DNA of 64,000 nucleotides from Squalus acanthias (GCA_030390025.1 JASTWF010000034.1:4960001-5024000); one strand, 5' to 3'; shown: positions 26,401 to 38,432, numbered from the stretch's first letter. Numbers and translations: made by a program. The notes: generated by a model not told the origin, from the sequence alone.

Positions 26401-29400
26401 CAGTCCCAGGGGTGTGTCTGATCATGGACTCGGGCGTTTGAACAGTCCCCGGGGTGTGTCCGATCATGGACTCGGGCGTTTGACCAGTCACCAGGGCTGT
26501 CTCCGATCATGGACTCGGGCGTTTGACCAGTTCCCGGGGTGTCCGAACATATATTCGGGTGTTTGACCAGTCGCCGGGGTGTGTACGATCATGGACTTGG
26601 GCGTTTGACCAGTCCCCGGAGTGTGTCTGATCATGGACTCGGACGTTTGACCAGTCCCCGGTGTTTCCGAACATATACTCGGGTGTTTGACCAGTCCACG
26701 GGGTTTTTACGATTATGGACTCGGGCGTTTGACCAGTCCACGGGGTGTGTCTGATCATGGACTCGGGCATTTGACCAGTCCCCGGGGTGTGTCCGATCAT
26801 GGACTCGGCTGTTTAACCAGTCCCTGGGGTGTGTACGATCATGGATTCGGACGTTTGAGCAGTCCCTGGCGTGTGTCCGATCATGGACTCAGGCGTTTGA
26901 CCAGTCCCCGGGGTGTGTCCGATCATGGACTCGGGCGTTTGACCAGTACCCAGGGTGAGTCCGATCATGGACTCAGGCGTTCGACCAGTCCCCGGGTTGT
27001 GTCTGATCATGGACTGGGGCGGTTGACCAATCCCCGGGTCTGTGTCCGATCATGGACTCAGGCGTTTGACCAGTCCCCGGGGTGTGTCCGATCATGGACT
27101 CGGGCGTTTGACCAGTACCCAGGGTGAGTCCGATCATGGACTCAGGCGTTCGACCAGTCCCCGGGTTGTGTCTGATCATGGACTGGGGCGGTTGACCAAT
27201 CCCCGGGTCTGTGTCCGATCATGGCCTCCGGCGTTTGACCAGTCCGTGGGGTGTGTCCGATCATGGACTCGGGCGTTATACCAGTCCCCGGGGTGTGTCC
27301 AATCATGGACTCGGGCGGTTGACCAGTCCCCGGGGTGGTGTGTCTGATCATGGACTCATGCGTTTGTCCAGTCCCCAGGGTGTGTCCGATCATGGACTTG
27401 GGCATTTGACCAGTCCCTGGGGTGTGTCCGATCATGGACTCTGGCGTTTGACCAGTCCCCAGGGTTTGTCGGATCATGGACTCGGGCGTTTGACCAGTCC
27501 CCAGGGTGTGTCCGATCATGGCCTCGGGCGTTTGACCAGTCCCCAGGGTTTGTCGGATCATGGACTCGGGCGTTTGCCCAGTCCCCGGGGCTGTGTCTGA
27601 TCATGGACTCAGGCATTTGACCAGTCCCCGGGGTGTGACCGACCATGGACTCAGCTGTTTGACCAGTCCCCTGGGTGAGACCGATCATGGACTCGGGCGT
27701 TTGGCCAGTCCCCGGGTCTGTGTCCAATCATGGCCTCCGGCGTTTCACCGGTCCGCGTGGTGTGTCCGATCATGGACTCGGGCGTTTGACCAGTCCCCGG
27801 GGCGGTATGTCTGAACATGGACTTGGGCTTTTGACCAGTCCCCAGGGGGTGTCCGATCATGGACTAGAGCGTTTGACCAGTCCCTGGGGTGTGTACGATC
27901 ATGGACTCGGACGTTTGACCAATCCCCGGCGTGTGTCCAATCATGGACTCGGGCGTTTCACCAGTCCCCGGCGTGTGTCCGATCATGGACTCAGGCATTT
28001 CACTAGTCACCGGGGTGTGTCCGATCATGGACTCGGGTGTTTGACCAGTCCCCGGGTTGTGCCTGATCATGGACGCGGATGTTTGACCAGTCCCCAGGGT
28101 GAGTCCGATGATGAACTCGGGCGGTTGAACAGTCCACGGGTTGTATACGATCATGGATGCGGGGATTTGACCAGTCCCCGGGGTGTGTCGATCATGGACT
28201 CGGGCGTTTGTCCAGTCCCCGGGGTGTGTCCGATCATGGACTCAGGCGTTTGACCAGTCCACGGGGTGTGTCCTATCATGGACTCGGGCGTTTGACCAGT
28301 CCCCGGGGTGTATCCGATCATGGACTCGGGCGTTTGAGCAGTCCCTGGGGTGTGTCCGATCATTGATTCGGGCGTTTGAGCAGTCCCCGGGGTGTGTCCG
28401 CTCATGGACTCGGGCGTTTGACCAGTCCCCGGGGCTGTGTCCGATCATGGACTCGGGCTTTTGACCAGTCCCCGGGGTGTGTCCGATCATGGACTTCGGG
28501 CGTTTGACCAGTCCCCGGGGTGTGTCCGATCATGGACTCGAGCGTTTGACCAGTCCCCGGGTGTGTCTGATCATGGACTCGGGCGTTTGACCAGTCCCCG
28601 GGGTGTGTCGATCATGGACTCGGGCGTTTGACAGTCCCCGGGGTGTGTCCGATCATGGACTCGGGCGTTTGACCAGTCACCGGGGCTGTGTCCGATCATG
28701 GACTCGGGCGTTTGACCAGTTCCCGGGGTGTCCGATCATAGACTCGGGTGTTTGACCAGTCGCCGGGGTGTGTCCGATCATGGACTCGGGCGTTTGACCA
28801 GTCCCGGAGTGTGTCCGATCATGGACTCGGACGTTTGACCAGTCCCCGGGTGTGTCCGATCATTGACTCGGGTGTTTGACCAGTCCCCGGGGTTTTTCGA
28901 TTATGGACTCGGGCGTTTGACCAGTCCACGGGGTGTGTCCGATCATGGACTCGGGCATTTGACCAGTCCCCGGGGTGTGTCCGATCATGGACTCGGCGTT
29001 TACCAGTCCCGGGGTGTGTCCGATCATGGACTCGGACGTTTGAGCAGTCCCTGGCGTGTGTCCGATCATGGACTCGGCGTTTGACCAGTCCCCGGGGTGT
29101 GTCCGATCATGGACTCGGGCGTTTGACCAGTCCCCAGGGTGTGTCCGATCATGGACTCAGGCGTTTGACCAGTCCCCGGGGTGTGTCTGATCATGGACTC
29201 GGGCGGTTGACCAGTCCCCGGGTGTGTCCGATCATGGACTCGGGCGTTTGACCAGTCCGTGGGTGTGTCCGATCATGGACTCGGGCGTTTGACCAGTCCC
29301 CGGGGTGTGTCCGATCATGGACTCGGGCGGTTGACCAGTCCCCGGGGGTGTGTCTGATCATGGACTCGGGCGTTTGTCCAGTCCCCAGGGTGTGTCCGAT

Positions 29401-30699
29401 CATGGACTTGGGCATTTGACCAGTCCCGGGGTGTGTCCGATCATGGACTCTGGCGTTTGACCAGTCCCAGGGTTTGTCCGATCATGGACTCGGGCGTTTG
29501 ACCAGTCCCCAGGGTGTGTCCGATCATGGACTCGGGCGTTTGACCAGTCCCCGGGGTGTGTCGATCATGGACTCGGGCGTTTGACCAGTCCCCGGGGCTG
29601 TGTCTGATCATGGACTCGGGCGTTTGACCAGTCCCCGGGGTGTGTCTGATCATGGACTCGGGCGTTTGACCAGTCCCCGGGGTGTGTCCTGATCATGGAC
29701 TCGGGCGTTTGACCAGTCCCCGGGGTGTGTCCGATCATGGACTCGGGCGTTTGACCATCCCCGGGGTGTGTCCGATCATGGACTCGGCGTTTGACCAGTC
29801 CCCGGGTGTGTCCGATCATGGATCGGGCGTTTGACCAGTCCCCGGGGTGTGTCCGATCATGGACTCGGGCGTTTGAGCAGTCCCTGGGGTGTGTCCGATC
29901 ATGGACTCGGCGTTTGACCAGTCCCCGGGGTGTGTCCGATCATGGACTCGGCGTTTGACCAGTCCCTGGGGTGTGTCTGATCATGGATTCGGGCTTTTGA
30001 CCAGTCCCCTGGGTTGTGTCGATCATGGACTCGGGCGTTTGACCAGTCCCCGGGTGTGTCCGATCATGGACTCGGGCGTTTGACCAGTCCCCGGGTGTGT
30101 CCGATCATGGACTCGGGCGTTTGACCAGTCCCCGGGGTGTGTCTGATCATGGACTCGGGCGTTTGACCAGTCGCCGGGATGTGTCCGATCATGGACTCGG
30201 GCGTTTGACCAGTCCCCGGTGTGTGTCCGATCATGGACTCGGGCGTTTGACCAGTCCCGGGGCTGTGTCCGATCATGGACTCGGGCGTTTGACAGTCCCC
30301 GCGGTGTGTCCGATCATGTACTCGGGCGTTTGGCCAGTCCCCGGGTGTGTCCGATCATGGACTCCGCGTTTGACCGTCCACAGGGGTGTGTCCGATCATG
30401 GACTTGAGCGTTTGACAGTCCCTGGGGTGTGTCTGATCATGGACTCGGGCGTTTTACCAGTCCCAGGTGTGTGTCTGATCATGGACTCGGGCGTTTGAAC
30501 AGTCCCCGGGGTGTGTCCGATCATGGACTCGGGCGTTTGACCAGTCTCCGGGGCTGTCTCGATCATGGACTCGGGCGTTTGACCAGTCCCAGGTGTGTGT
30601 CTGATCATGGACTCGGGCGTTTGATCAGTCCCTGGTTGTGTCCGATCATGGACTCGGGTGTTTGACCTGTCCCCGGAGTGTGTCCGATCATGGACTCGG

Positions 30700-33600
30700 G
30701 CGGTTGACCAGTCCCCGGGGCTGTGCCTGATCATGACTCGGGCGTTTGACCAGTCCCCGGGGATGTGTCCGATCATGGACTCGGCGTTTGACCAGTCCCA
30801 GGGGTGTGTCTGATCATGGACTCGGGCGTTTGAACAGTCCCCGGGGTGTGTCCGATCATGGACTCGGGCGTTTGACCAGTCACCGGGGCTGTCTCCGATC
30901 ATGGACTCGGGCGTTTGACCAGTTCCCGGGGTGTCCGAACATATATTCGGGTGTTTGACCAGTCGCCGGGGTGTGTACGATCATGGACTTGGGCGTTTGA
31001 CCAGTCCCCGGAGTGTGTCTGATCATGGACTCGGACGTTTGACCAGTCCCCGGTGTTTCCGAACATATACTCGGGTGTTTGACCAGTCCACGGGTTTTTA
31101 CGATTATGGACTCGGGCGTTTGACCAGTCCACGGGGTGTGTCTGATCATGGACTCGGGCATTTGACCAGTCCCCGGGGTGTGTCCGATCATGGACTCGGC
31201 TGTTTAACCAGTCCCTGGGGTGTGTACGATCATGGATTCGGACGTTTGAGCAGTCCCTGGCGTGTGTCCGATCATGGACTCAGGCGTTTGACCAGTCCCC
31301 GGGGTGTGTCCGATCATGGACTCGGGCGTTTGACCAGTACCCAGGGTGAGTCCGATCATGGACTCAGGCGTTCGACCAGTCCCCGGGTTGTGTCTGATCA
31401 TGGACTGGGGCGGTTGACCAATCCCCGGGTCTGTGTCCGATCATGGCCTCCGGCGTTTGACCAGTCCGTGGGGTGTGTCCGATCATGGACTCGGGCGTTA
31501 TACCAGTCCCCGGGGTGTGTCCAATCATGGACTCGGGCGGTTGACCAGTCCCCGGGGCGGTGTGTCTGATCATGGACTCATGCGTTTGTCCAGTCCCCAG
31601 GGTGTGTCCGATCATGGACTTGGGCATTTGACCAGTCCCTGGGGTGTGTCCGATCATGGACTCTGGCGTTTGACCAGTCCCCAGGGTTTGTCGGATCATG
31701 GACTCGGGCGTTTGACCAGTCCCCAGGGTGTGTCCGATCATGGCCTCGGGCGTTTGACCAGTCCCCAGGGTTTGTCGGATCATGGACTCGGGCGTTTGCC
31801 CAGTCCCCGGGGCTGTGTCTGATCATGGACTCAGGCATTTGACCAGTCCCCGGGGTGTGTCTGATCATGGACTGGGGCGGTTGACTAGTCCACGGGGTGT
31901 GTACGATCATGGATGCGGGGATTTGACCAGTCCCCGTGGGTGTGTCAGATCATGGACACGATCGTTTGTCCAGTCCCCACGGGTGTGACGGATCATGGAC
32001 TCGGGCGTTTGACCAGTCCGCGGGGTGTGTCCGATCATGGACTCGGGCGTTAGACCAGTCCCCGGGGCGGTGTGTCTGATCATGGACCCGTGCGTTTGAC
32101 CAGTCCCCAGGGTGTGTCCGATCATGGACTCGGGCGTTTGACTAGTCCCAAGGGTTTGTCGGATCATGGACTCGGGCGTTTGACCAGGCCCCAGGGAGTG
32201 TCCGATCATGACCTCGGGCGTTTGACCAGTCCCTAGGGTTTGTCGGATCATGGACTCGGGCGTTTGCCCAGTCCCCGGGGCTGTGTCTGATCATGGACTC
32301 AGGCATTTGACCAGTCCCCGGGGTGTGTCTGATCATGGACTCGGGCGTTTGACCAGTCCCCGGAGTGTGTCTGATTATGGACTTGGGCATTTGTCCAGTC
32401 ACCGGGATGTGTCCGATCATTGACTCGGGCGTTTGACCAGTCCCCGGTGTGTGTCCGATCAGGGACTCGGGCGTTTGACCAGTCCCCGGGGCTGTGTCCG
32501 ATCATCGACTCGGGCGTTTGACCAGTCCCCGCCGTGTGTCCGATCATGTACTCGGGCGTTTGGCCAGTCCCCGGGTCTGTGTCCGATCATGGCCTCCGCC
32601 GTTTGACCGGTCCACAGGGTGTGTCCGATCATGGACTTGAGCGTTTGACCAGTCCCTGGGTGTGTCTGATCATGGACTCGGGCGTTTTACCAGTCCCAGG
32701 TGTGTGTCTGATCATGGTCTCGGGCGTTTGAACAGTCCCCGGGGTTTGTCCGATCATGGACTCGGGCGTTTGACCAGTCACCGGGGCTGTCTCCGATCAT
32801 GGACTCGGGCGTTTGACCAGTCCCAGTTGTGTGTCTGATCATGGACTCGGGCGTTTGATCAGTCCCCTGGTTGTGTCCGATCATGGACTCGGGTGTTTGA
32901 CCTGTCCCCGGAGTGTGTCCGATCATGGACTCGGGCGTTTGACCAGTCCCCGGGGCTGTGCCTGATCATGAACTCGGGCGTTTGACCAGTCCCCGGGGAT
33001 GTGTCCGATCATGGACTCGGGCGTTTGACCAGTCCCCGGGGTGTGTCTGATCATGGACTCGGGCGTTTGAACAGTCCCCGGGGTGTGTCCGATCATGGAC
33101 TCGGGCGTTTGACCAGTCACCGGGGCTGTGTCCGATCATGGACTCGGGCGTTTGACCAGTCCCCGGGGTGTGTCCGATCATGGACTCGGGCGTTTGACCA
33201 GTCCCCGGGGTGTGTCCGATCATGGACTCGGGCGTTTGACCAGTCCCCGGGTGTGTCTGATCATGGACTCGGGCGTTTGACCAGTCCCCGGGGTGTGTCC
33301 GATCATGGACTCGGGCGTTTGACCAGTCCCCGGGGTGTGTCCGATCATGGACTCGGGCGTTTGACCAGTCCCCGGGGTGTGTCGATCATGGACTCGGGCA
33401 GTTTGACCAGTCCCCGGGGTGTGTCCGATCATGGACTCGGGCGTTTGACCAGTCCCGGGGTGTGTCCGATCATGGACTCGGCGTTTGACCAGTCCCTGGG
33501 GTGTGTCCGATCATGGACTCGGGCGTTTGACCAGTCCCCGGGGTGTGTCCGATCATGGACTCGGGCGTTTGACCAGTCCCCGGGTGTGTCCGATCATGGA

Positions 33601-35230
33601 CTCGGGCGTTTGACCAGTCCCGGGGTGTGTCTGATCATGGACTGGGGCGTTTGACCAATCCCCGGGTCTGTGTCCGATCATGGCCTCCGGCGTTTGACCA
33701 GTCCGTGGGTGTGTCCGATCATGGACTCGGGCGTTTTACCAGTCCCCGGGGTGTGTCCTATCATGGACTCGGGCGGTTGACCAGTCCCCGGGCGGTGTGT
33801 CTGATCATGGACTCAGGCGTTTGTCCAGTCCCCAGGGTGTGTCCGATCATGGACTTGGGCTTTTGACCAGTCCCTGGGTGTGTCCGATCATGGACTCTGG
33901 CGTTTGACCAGTCCCCAGGGGTTTGTCGGATCATGGACTCGGGCGTTTGACCAGTCCCCAGGGTGTGTCCGATCATGGCCTCGGGCGTTTGACCAGTCCC
34001 CAGGGTTTGTCGATCATGGACTCGGGCGTTTGCCCAGTCCCGGGGCTGTGTCGATCATGGACTCAGGCATTTGACCAGTCCCCGGGGTGTGTCTGATCAT
34101 GGACTGGGGCGGTTGACTAGTCCCACGGGTGTGTACGATCATGGATGCGGGGATTTGACCAGTCCCCGTGGGTGTGTCAGATCATGGACACGATCGTTTG
34201 TCCAGTCCCCACGGGTGTGACGGATCATGGACTCGGGCGTTTGACCAGTCCGCGGGGTGTGTCCGATCATGGACTCGGGCGTTAGACCAGTCCCCGGGGC
34301 GGTGTGTCTGATCATGGACCCGTGCGTTTGACCAGTCCCCAGGGTGTGTCCGATCATGGACTCGGGCGTTTGACTAGTCCCAAGGGTTTGTCGGATCATG
34401 GACTCGGGCGTTTGACCAGGCCCCAGGGTGTGTCCGATCATGACCTCGGGCGTTTGACCAGTCCCTAGGGTTTGTCGGATCATGGACTCGGGCGTTTGCC
34501 CAGTCCCCGGGGCTGTGTCTGATCATGGACTCAGGCATTTGACCAGTCCCCGGGGTGTGTCTGATCATGGACTCGGGCGTTTGACCAGTCCCCGGAGTGT
34601 GTCTGATTATGGACTTGGGCATTTGTCCAGTCACCGGGATGTGTCCGATCATTGACTCGGGCGTTTGACCAGTCCCCGGTGTGTGTCCGATCAGGGACTC
34701 GGGCGTTTGACCAGTCCCCGGGGCTGTGTCCGATCATCGACTCGGGCGTTTGACCAGTCCCCGCCGTGTGTCCGATCATGTACTCGGGCGTTTGGCCAGT
34801 CCCCGGGTCTGTGTCCGATCATGGCCTCCGCCGTTTGACCGGTCCACAGGGTGTGTCCGATCATGGACTTGAGCGTTTGACCAGTCCCTGGGGTGTGTCT
34901 GATCATGGACTCGGGCGTTTTACCAGTCCCAGGTGTGTGTCTGATCATGGTCTCGGGCGTTTGAACAGTCCCCGGGGTTTGTCCGATCATGGACTCGGGC
35001 GTTTGACCAGTCACCGGGGCTGTCTCCGATCATGGACTCGGGCGTTTGACCAGTCCCAGTTGTGTGTCTGATCATGGACTCGGGCGTTTGATCAGTCCCC
35101 TGGTTGTGTCCGATCATGGACTCGGGTGTTTGACCTGTCCCCGGAGTGTGTCCGATCATGGACTCGGGCGGTTGACCAGTCCCCGGGGCTGTGCCTGATC
35201 ATGAACTCGGGCGTTTGACCAGTCCCCGGG
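30700..35230 (+). repeat. Higher-order tandem duplication, ~2232-bp unit x2 (ends approximate)
   Basis: Matching entries 31907/34139, 32142/34374, 32299/34531. A further copy at ~47300-49600 and partial copies at 26440-27640 and 28540-30700. Confidence 0.82.
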
Positions 35231-35410
35231 GATGTGTCCGATCATGGACTCGGGCGTTTGACCAGTACCCGGGTTGTGTCTGATCATGGACTCGGGCGTT
35301 TGACCAGTCCCCGGTGTATCCGAACATGGACTCGGGCGTTTCACCAGTCCCCGGGGTGTGTCCGATCATGGACTCGGTTGTTTGACCAGTCCCTGAGGTA
35401 TGTACGAACA

Positions 35411-38332
35411 AATGTTAGAAGGGTGAGAAACAATAGGGGAAGGCCGAGTAAACAAAGGCAAGAAACACAAAGGGCCATACTAAATCATAAGTCTAAAAGG
35501 ACAAAGGATGTTAATAAAACAAGCCTAAAGGCTCTGTGTCTTAATGCAAGGAGTATCCGTAATAAGGTGGATGAATTGACTGTGCAAATAGATGTTAACG
35601 GATACGATGTGATTGGGATTACAGAGACGTGGCTCCAGAACAATCAAGGCTGGGAACTGAACATCCAGGGGTATTCAACATTCAGAAAGGATAGAATAAA
35701 AGGAAAAGGGGGTGGGGTAGCATTGCTGGTTAAAGAGGAGATTAATGCAATAGCTAGGAAGGACATCAGCTTGGAGGATGTGGAATCAATATGGGTTGAG
35801 CTGCAGAACACCAAAGGGCAGAAAACGTTAGTGGGAGTTGTGTACAGACCTCCAAACAGCAGTAGTGAGGTGGGGGAGGGTATGAAACAGGAAATCAGAG
35901 GTGCGTGCAAAAAAGGCACGGCAGTTATCATGGGTGACTTTAATATGCATATAGATTGGGCTACTCAAACTGGAAGCAATACGGTGGAGGAGGATTTCCT
36001 GGCGTGTTTAAGGGATGGTTTCCTAAACCAATATGTTGAGGAACCAACTCGAGGGGAGGCCATCCTGGACTGGGTGTTGTGTAATGAGGAAGGACTAATC
36101 AGCAATCTTGTGGTACGAGGCCCCCTGGGGAAGAGTGACCATAGTATGGTGGAGTTCTACATTAGGATGGAGAAGGAAACAGTTAAGTCAGAGACCATGG
36201 TCCAGAACTTAAATAAGGGCAACTTTGAGGGTATGAGGCGTGAATTGGCGAGGTTAAATTGGCAAGCGATATTTAAGGGGCTATCAGTGGAAGGGCAATG
36301 GCAGACATTTAGAGATCGCATGGATGAACTACAACAATTGTACATCCCGGTCTGGCGTAAAAATAAAAAAGGGAAGGTGGCTCAACCATGGCTAACAAGG
36401 GAAATCAGGGACAGTATTAAAACCAAGGAAGTTGCATACAAATTGGCCAGAAGTAGCAGCAAACCCGGGGACTGGGAGAACTTCAAAACTCAGCAGAGGA
36501 GGACGAAGGGTTTGATTAGGGCAGGGAAAATAAAATATGAAAGGAAGCTTGCAGAGAACATTAAAATGGACAGCAAAAGCTTCTATAAATATGTAAAAAG
36601 AAAGAGGTTAATAAAAAGAAACGTAGGTCCCCTGCAGTCGGAAACAGGGGAAGTCGTAATGGGGAACAAGGAAATGGCAGATCAATTGAACAAGTACTTT
36701 GGTTCGGTGTTTACTGTGGAGGACACACACAACCTGCCGGAAATAAAAGGGGTCAGAGGATCTGGTAAGAGGGAGGAGCTGAGGGAAATCCTTATTAGTC
36801 GGGAAAAGGTATTGGGAAAATTGATGGGACTGAAGGCTGAAAAATCCCCGGGGCCTGATGGTCTGCATCCCAGAGTACTTAAGGAGGTGGCCTTGGAAAT
36901 AGTGGATGCATTGACGATCATTTTCCAACATTCCTTAGACTCTGGATCAGTTCCGATGGAGTGGAGGGTGGCCAATGTAACCCCTCTTTTTAAAAAAGGA
37001 GGGAGGGAGAAAGCAGGGAATTATAGACCGGTCAGCCTGACATCGGTTGTGGGTAAAATGATGGAAACAATTATTAAAGATGTCATAACAGACCATTTGG
37101 AAAGTGGCGACATGATAGGTCCAAGTCAGCATGGATTTGTGAAAGGGAAATCATGCTTGACAAATCTTCTGGAATTTTTTGAGGATGTTTCCAATAGGGT
37201 GGACAGGGGGGAACCAGTAGATGTGGTGTATTTGGACTTTCAGAAGGCCTTCGACAAGGTTCCACACAAGAGATTGGTGAGCAAAGTTAAAGCACATGGG
37301 ATTGGGGGTAATGTGTTGACGTGGATTGAGAACTGGTTGGCACACAGGAAACAAAGAGTAGGAGTAAATGGGTACTTTTCAGAATGGCAGGCAGTGACCA
37401 GCGGGGTACCGCAGGGTTCGGTGCTGGGACCCCAGCTGTTTACATTATATATTAATGATTTGGACGAAGGGATTAAATGTAATATCTCCAAATTTGCGGA
37501 TGACACTAAATTGGGAGGCAGTGTAAACAATGAGGAGGATGCTAGGAGGCTACAGAGTGACTTGGACAGGTTGGGTGAATGGGCAAATGTATGGCAGATG
37601 AAGTACAATGTGGATAAATGTGAGGTTATCCACTTTGGTGGTAAAAATAGAGAGGCGGACTATTACCTGAATGGTGGCAGATTAGGGAAAGGGGAGGTGC
37701 AACGAGACCTGGGCATCATGGTACATCAGTCACTGAAGGTGGGAATGCAAGTGCAGCAGGCAGTCAAGAAAGCAAACGGAATGATGGCCTTCATAGTAAG
37801 GGGATTTGAGTACAGGAGTAGGGAGGTGATGCTACAGTTGTACAGGGCCTTGGTGAGGCCACACCTGGAGTATTGTGCGCAGTTTTGGTCTCCTAACTTA
37901 AGGAAGGATATTCTTGCTATTGAGGGAGTGCAGCGAAGGTTCACTAGATTGATTCCTGGGATGGCCGGACTGACATATCAAGAAAGATTGGGTCAACTGA
38001 ACTTGTATCCTCTGGAGTTCAGAAGAATGAGGGGGGATCTTATAGAGACATTTAAAATCCTGACTGGTTTAGACAAATTAGATGCGGGCAGAATGTTCCC
38101 AATGGTAGGGAAAACTAGAACCAGGGGTCACAGTCTAAGGATTAAGGGGAAGCCATTTAGGACTGAGCTGAGGAGGAACTTCTTCACCCAGAGAGTGGTG
38201 AATCTATGGAATTCTCTTCCACAGAAGGTTGTTGAGGCCAGTTCGCTAAATATATTCAAAAGGGAGTTAGATATAACACGCACAACTAGGGGGATCAAGG
38301 GGTATGGCGAGAAAGCAGGAATGGGGTACTGA
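35411..38332 (+). CDS. CR1 ORF2 (APE endonuclease + reverse transcriptase), 973 open codons, no AUG at its 5' end
   Basis: APE motifs: LNARS, ITETWL, YRPP, MGDFN, ILDWV, SDH. RT motifs: YRPVSLTSVVGK, QHGF, YLDFQKAFDKV, GVPQGSVLGP, FADD (37493-37504). CR1-type C-terminus (LVRPHLEYCAQFWSP, RGH...FFTQRVVNLWNSLP). The first 59 aa of the 1032-aa track ORF are satellite. Confidence 0.92.
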   Translation, partial: NVRRVRNNRGRPSKQRQETQRAILNHKSKRTKDVNKTSLKALCLNARSIRNKVDELTVQIDVNGYDVIGITETWLQNNQGWELNIQGYSTFRKDRIKGKGGGVALLVKEEINAIARKDISLEDVESIWVELQNTKGQKTLVGVVYRPPNSSSEVGEGMKQEIRGACKKGTAVIMGDFNMHIDWATQTGSNTVEEDFLACLRDGFLNQYVEEPTRGEAILDWVLCNEEGLISNLVVRGPLGKSDHSMVEFYIRMEKETVKSETMVQNLNKGNFEGMRRELARLNWQAIFKGLSVEGQWQTFRDRMDELQQLYIPVWRKNKKGKVAQPWLTREIRDSIKTKEVAYKLARSSSKPGDWENFKTQQRRTKGLIRAGKIKYERKLAENIKMDSKSFYKYVKRKRLIKRNVGPLQSETGEVVMGNKEMADQLNKYFGSVFTVEDTHNLPEIKGVRGSGKREELREILISREKVLGKLMGLKAEKSPGPDGLHPRVLKEVALEIVDALTIIFQHSLDSGSVPMEWRVANVTPLFKKGGREKAGNYRPVSLTSVVGKMMETIIKDVITDHLESGDMIGPSQHGFVKGKSCLTNLLEFFEDVSNRVDRGEPVDVVYLDFQKAFDKVPHKRLVSKVKAHGIGGNVLTWIENWLAHRKQRVGVNGYFSEWQAVTSGVPQGSVLGPQLFTLYINDLDEGIKCNISKFADDTKLGGSVNNEEDARRLQSDLDRLGEWANVWQMKYNVDKCEVIHFGGKNREADYYLNGGRLGKGEVQRDLGIMVHQSLKVGMQVQQAVKKANGMMAFIVRGFEYRSREVMLQLYRALVRPHLEYCAQFWSPNLRKDILAIEGVQRRFTRLIPGMAGLTYQERLGQLNLYPLEFRRMRGDLIETFKILTGLDKLDAGRMFPMVGKTRTRGHSLRIKGKPFRTELRRNFFTQRVVNLWNSLPQKVVEASSLNIFKRELDITRTTRGIKGYGEKAGMGY

Positions 38333-38366
38333 GGTAGCATGTTCAGCCATGAACGCATTGAATGGC

Positions 38367-38432
38367 GGTGCAGGCTCGAAGGACCGAATGGTCTACTCCT
38401 GTACCTATTTTCTATGTTTCTATGTTTCTATG
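38367..38432 (+). other. CR1 3'UTR stem-loop plus (TTTCTATG)3 terminal microsatellite, copy 1
   Basis: GGTGCAGG (38367-38374) pairs with CCTGTACC (38398-38405, one G.U). Inner hairpin GGACC-GAAT-GGTCT. Three 8-mers at 38409-38432. Confidence 0.88.

Larger units (their letters stand above)
1..35410 (+). repeat. 42-bp GC-rich tandem satellite array, segment 1 (runs off the left edge)
   Basis: Continuous head-to-tail copies of GATCATGGACTCGGGCGTTTGACCAGTCCCCGGGGTGTGTCC with 40-45-bp length variants. No inversions seen. Family name unknown. Confidence 0.98.
35411..38432 (+). mobile_element. CR1-clade non-LTR retrotransposon (LINE), 5'-truncated, copy 1
   Basis: Abrupt switch to A/G-rich non-satellite DNA. 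Contains an APE+RT ORF, a ~100-bp 3'UTR with stem-loop and a (TTTCTATG)3 tail typical of CR1. No ORF1 or 5'UTR. The 5' boundary is uncertain by ~3 bp. Confidence 0.95.

Noticed and set aside
9..35230. Hundreds of 60-270-aa repetitive ORFs (SDHGLGRLTSPRGV, MIGHTPGTGQTPES, etc.) as a repeat-protein gene
   Set aside because: The monomer is 14 codons with four of six frames stop-free. Frames shift constantly at 40/43/44-bp monomers, ORFs overlap on both strands, and frame is not preserved.
35234..35410. N-terminal 59 aa of the 1032-aa ORF as a genuine ORF2 N-terminus
   Set aside because: It is satellite sequence and starts at GTG. The LINE begins at ~35411.
1..35410. 42 bp = four helical turns as a nucleosome-phasing code
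   Set aside because: Numerically true at 10.5 bp per turn, but there are no phased A-tracts and length variants are tolerated. Nothing in the sequence tests it.
35644..38358. Minus-strand ORFs within the LINE (and equivalents in copies 2 and 3)
   Set aside because: Short antisense shadows of ORF2 with no recognisable motifs.
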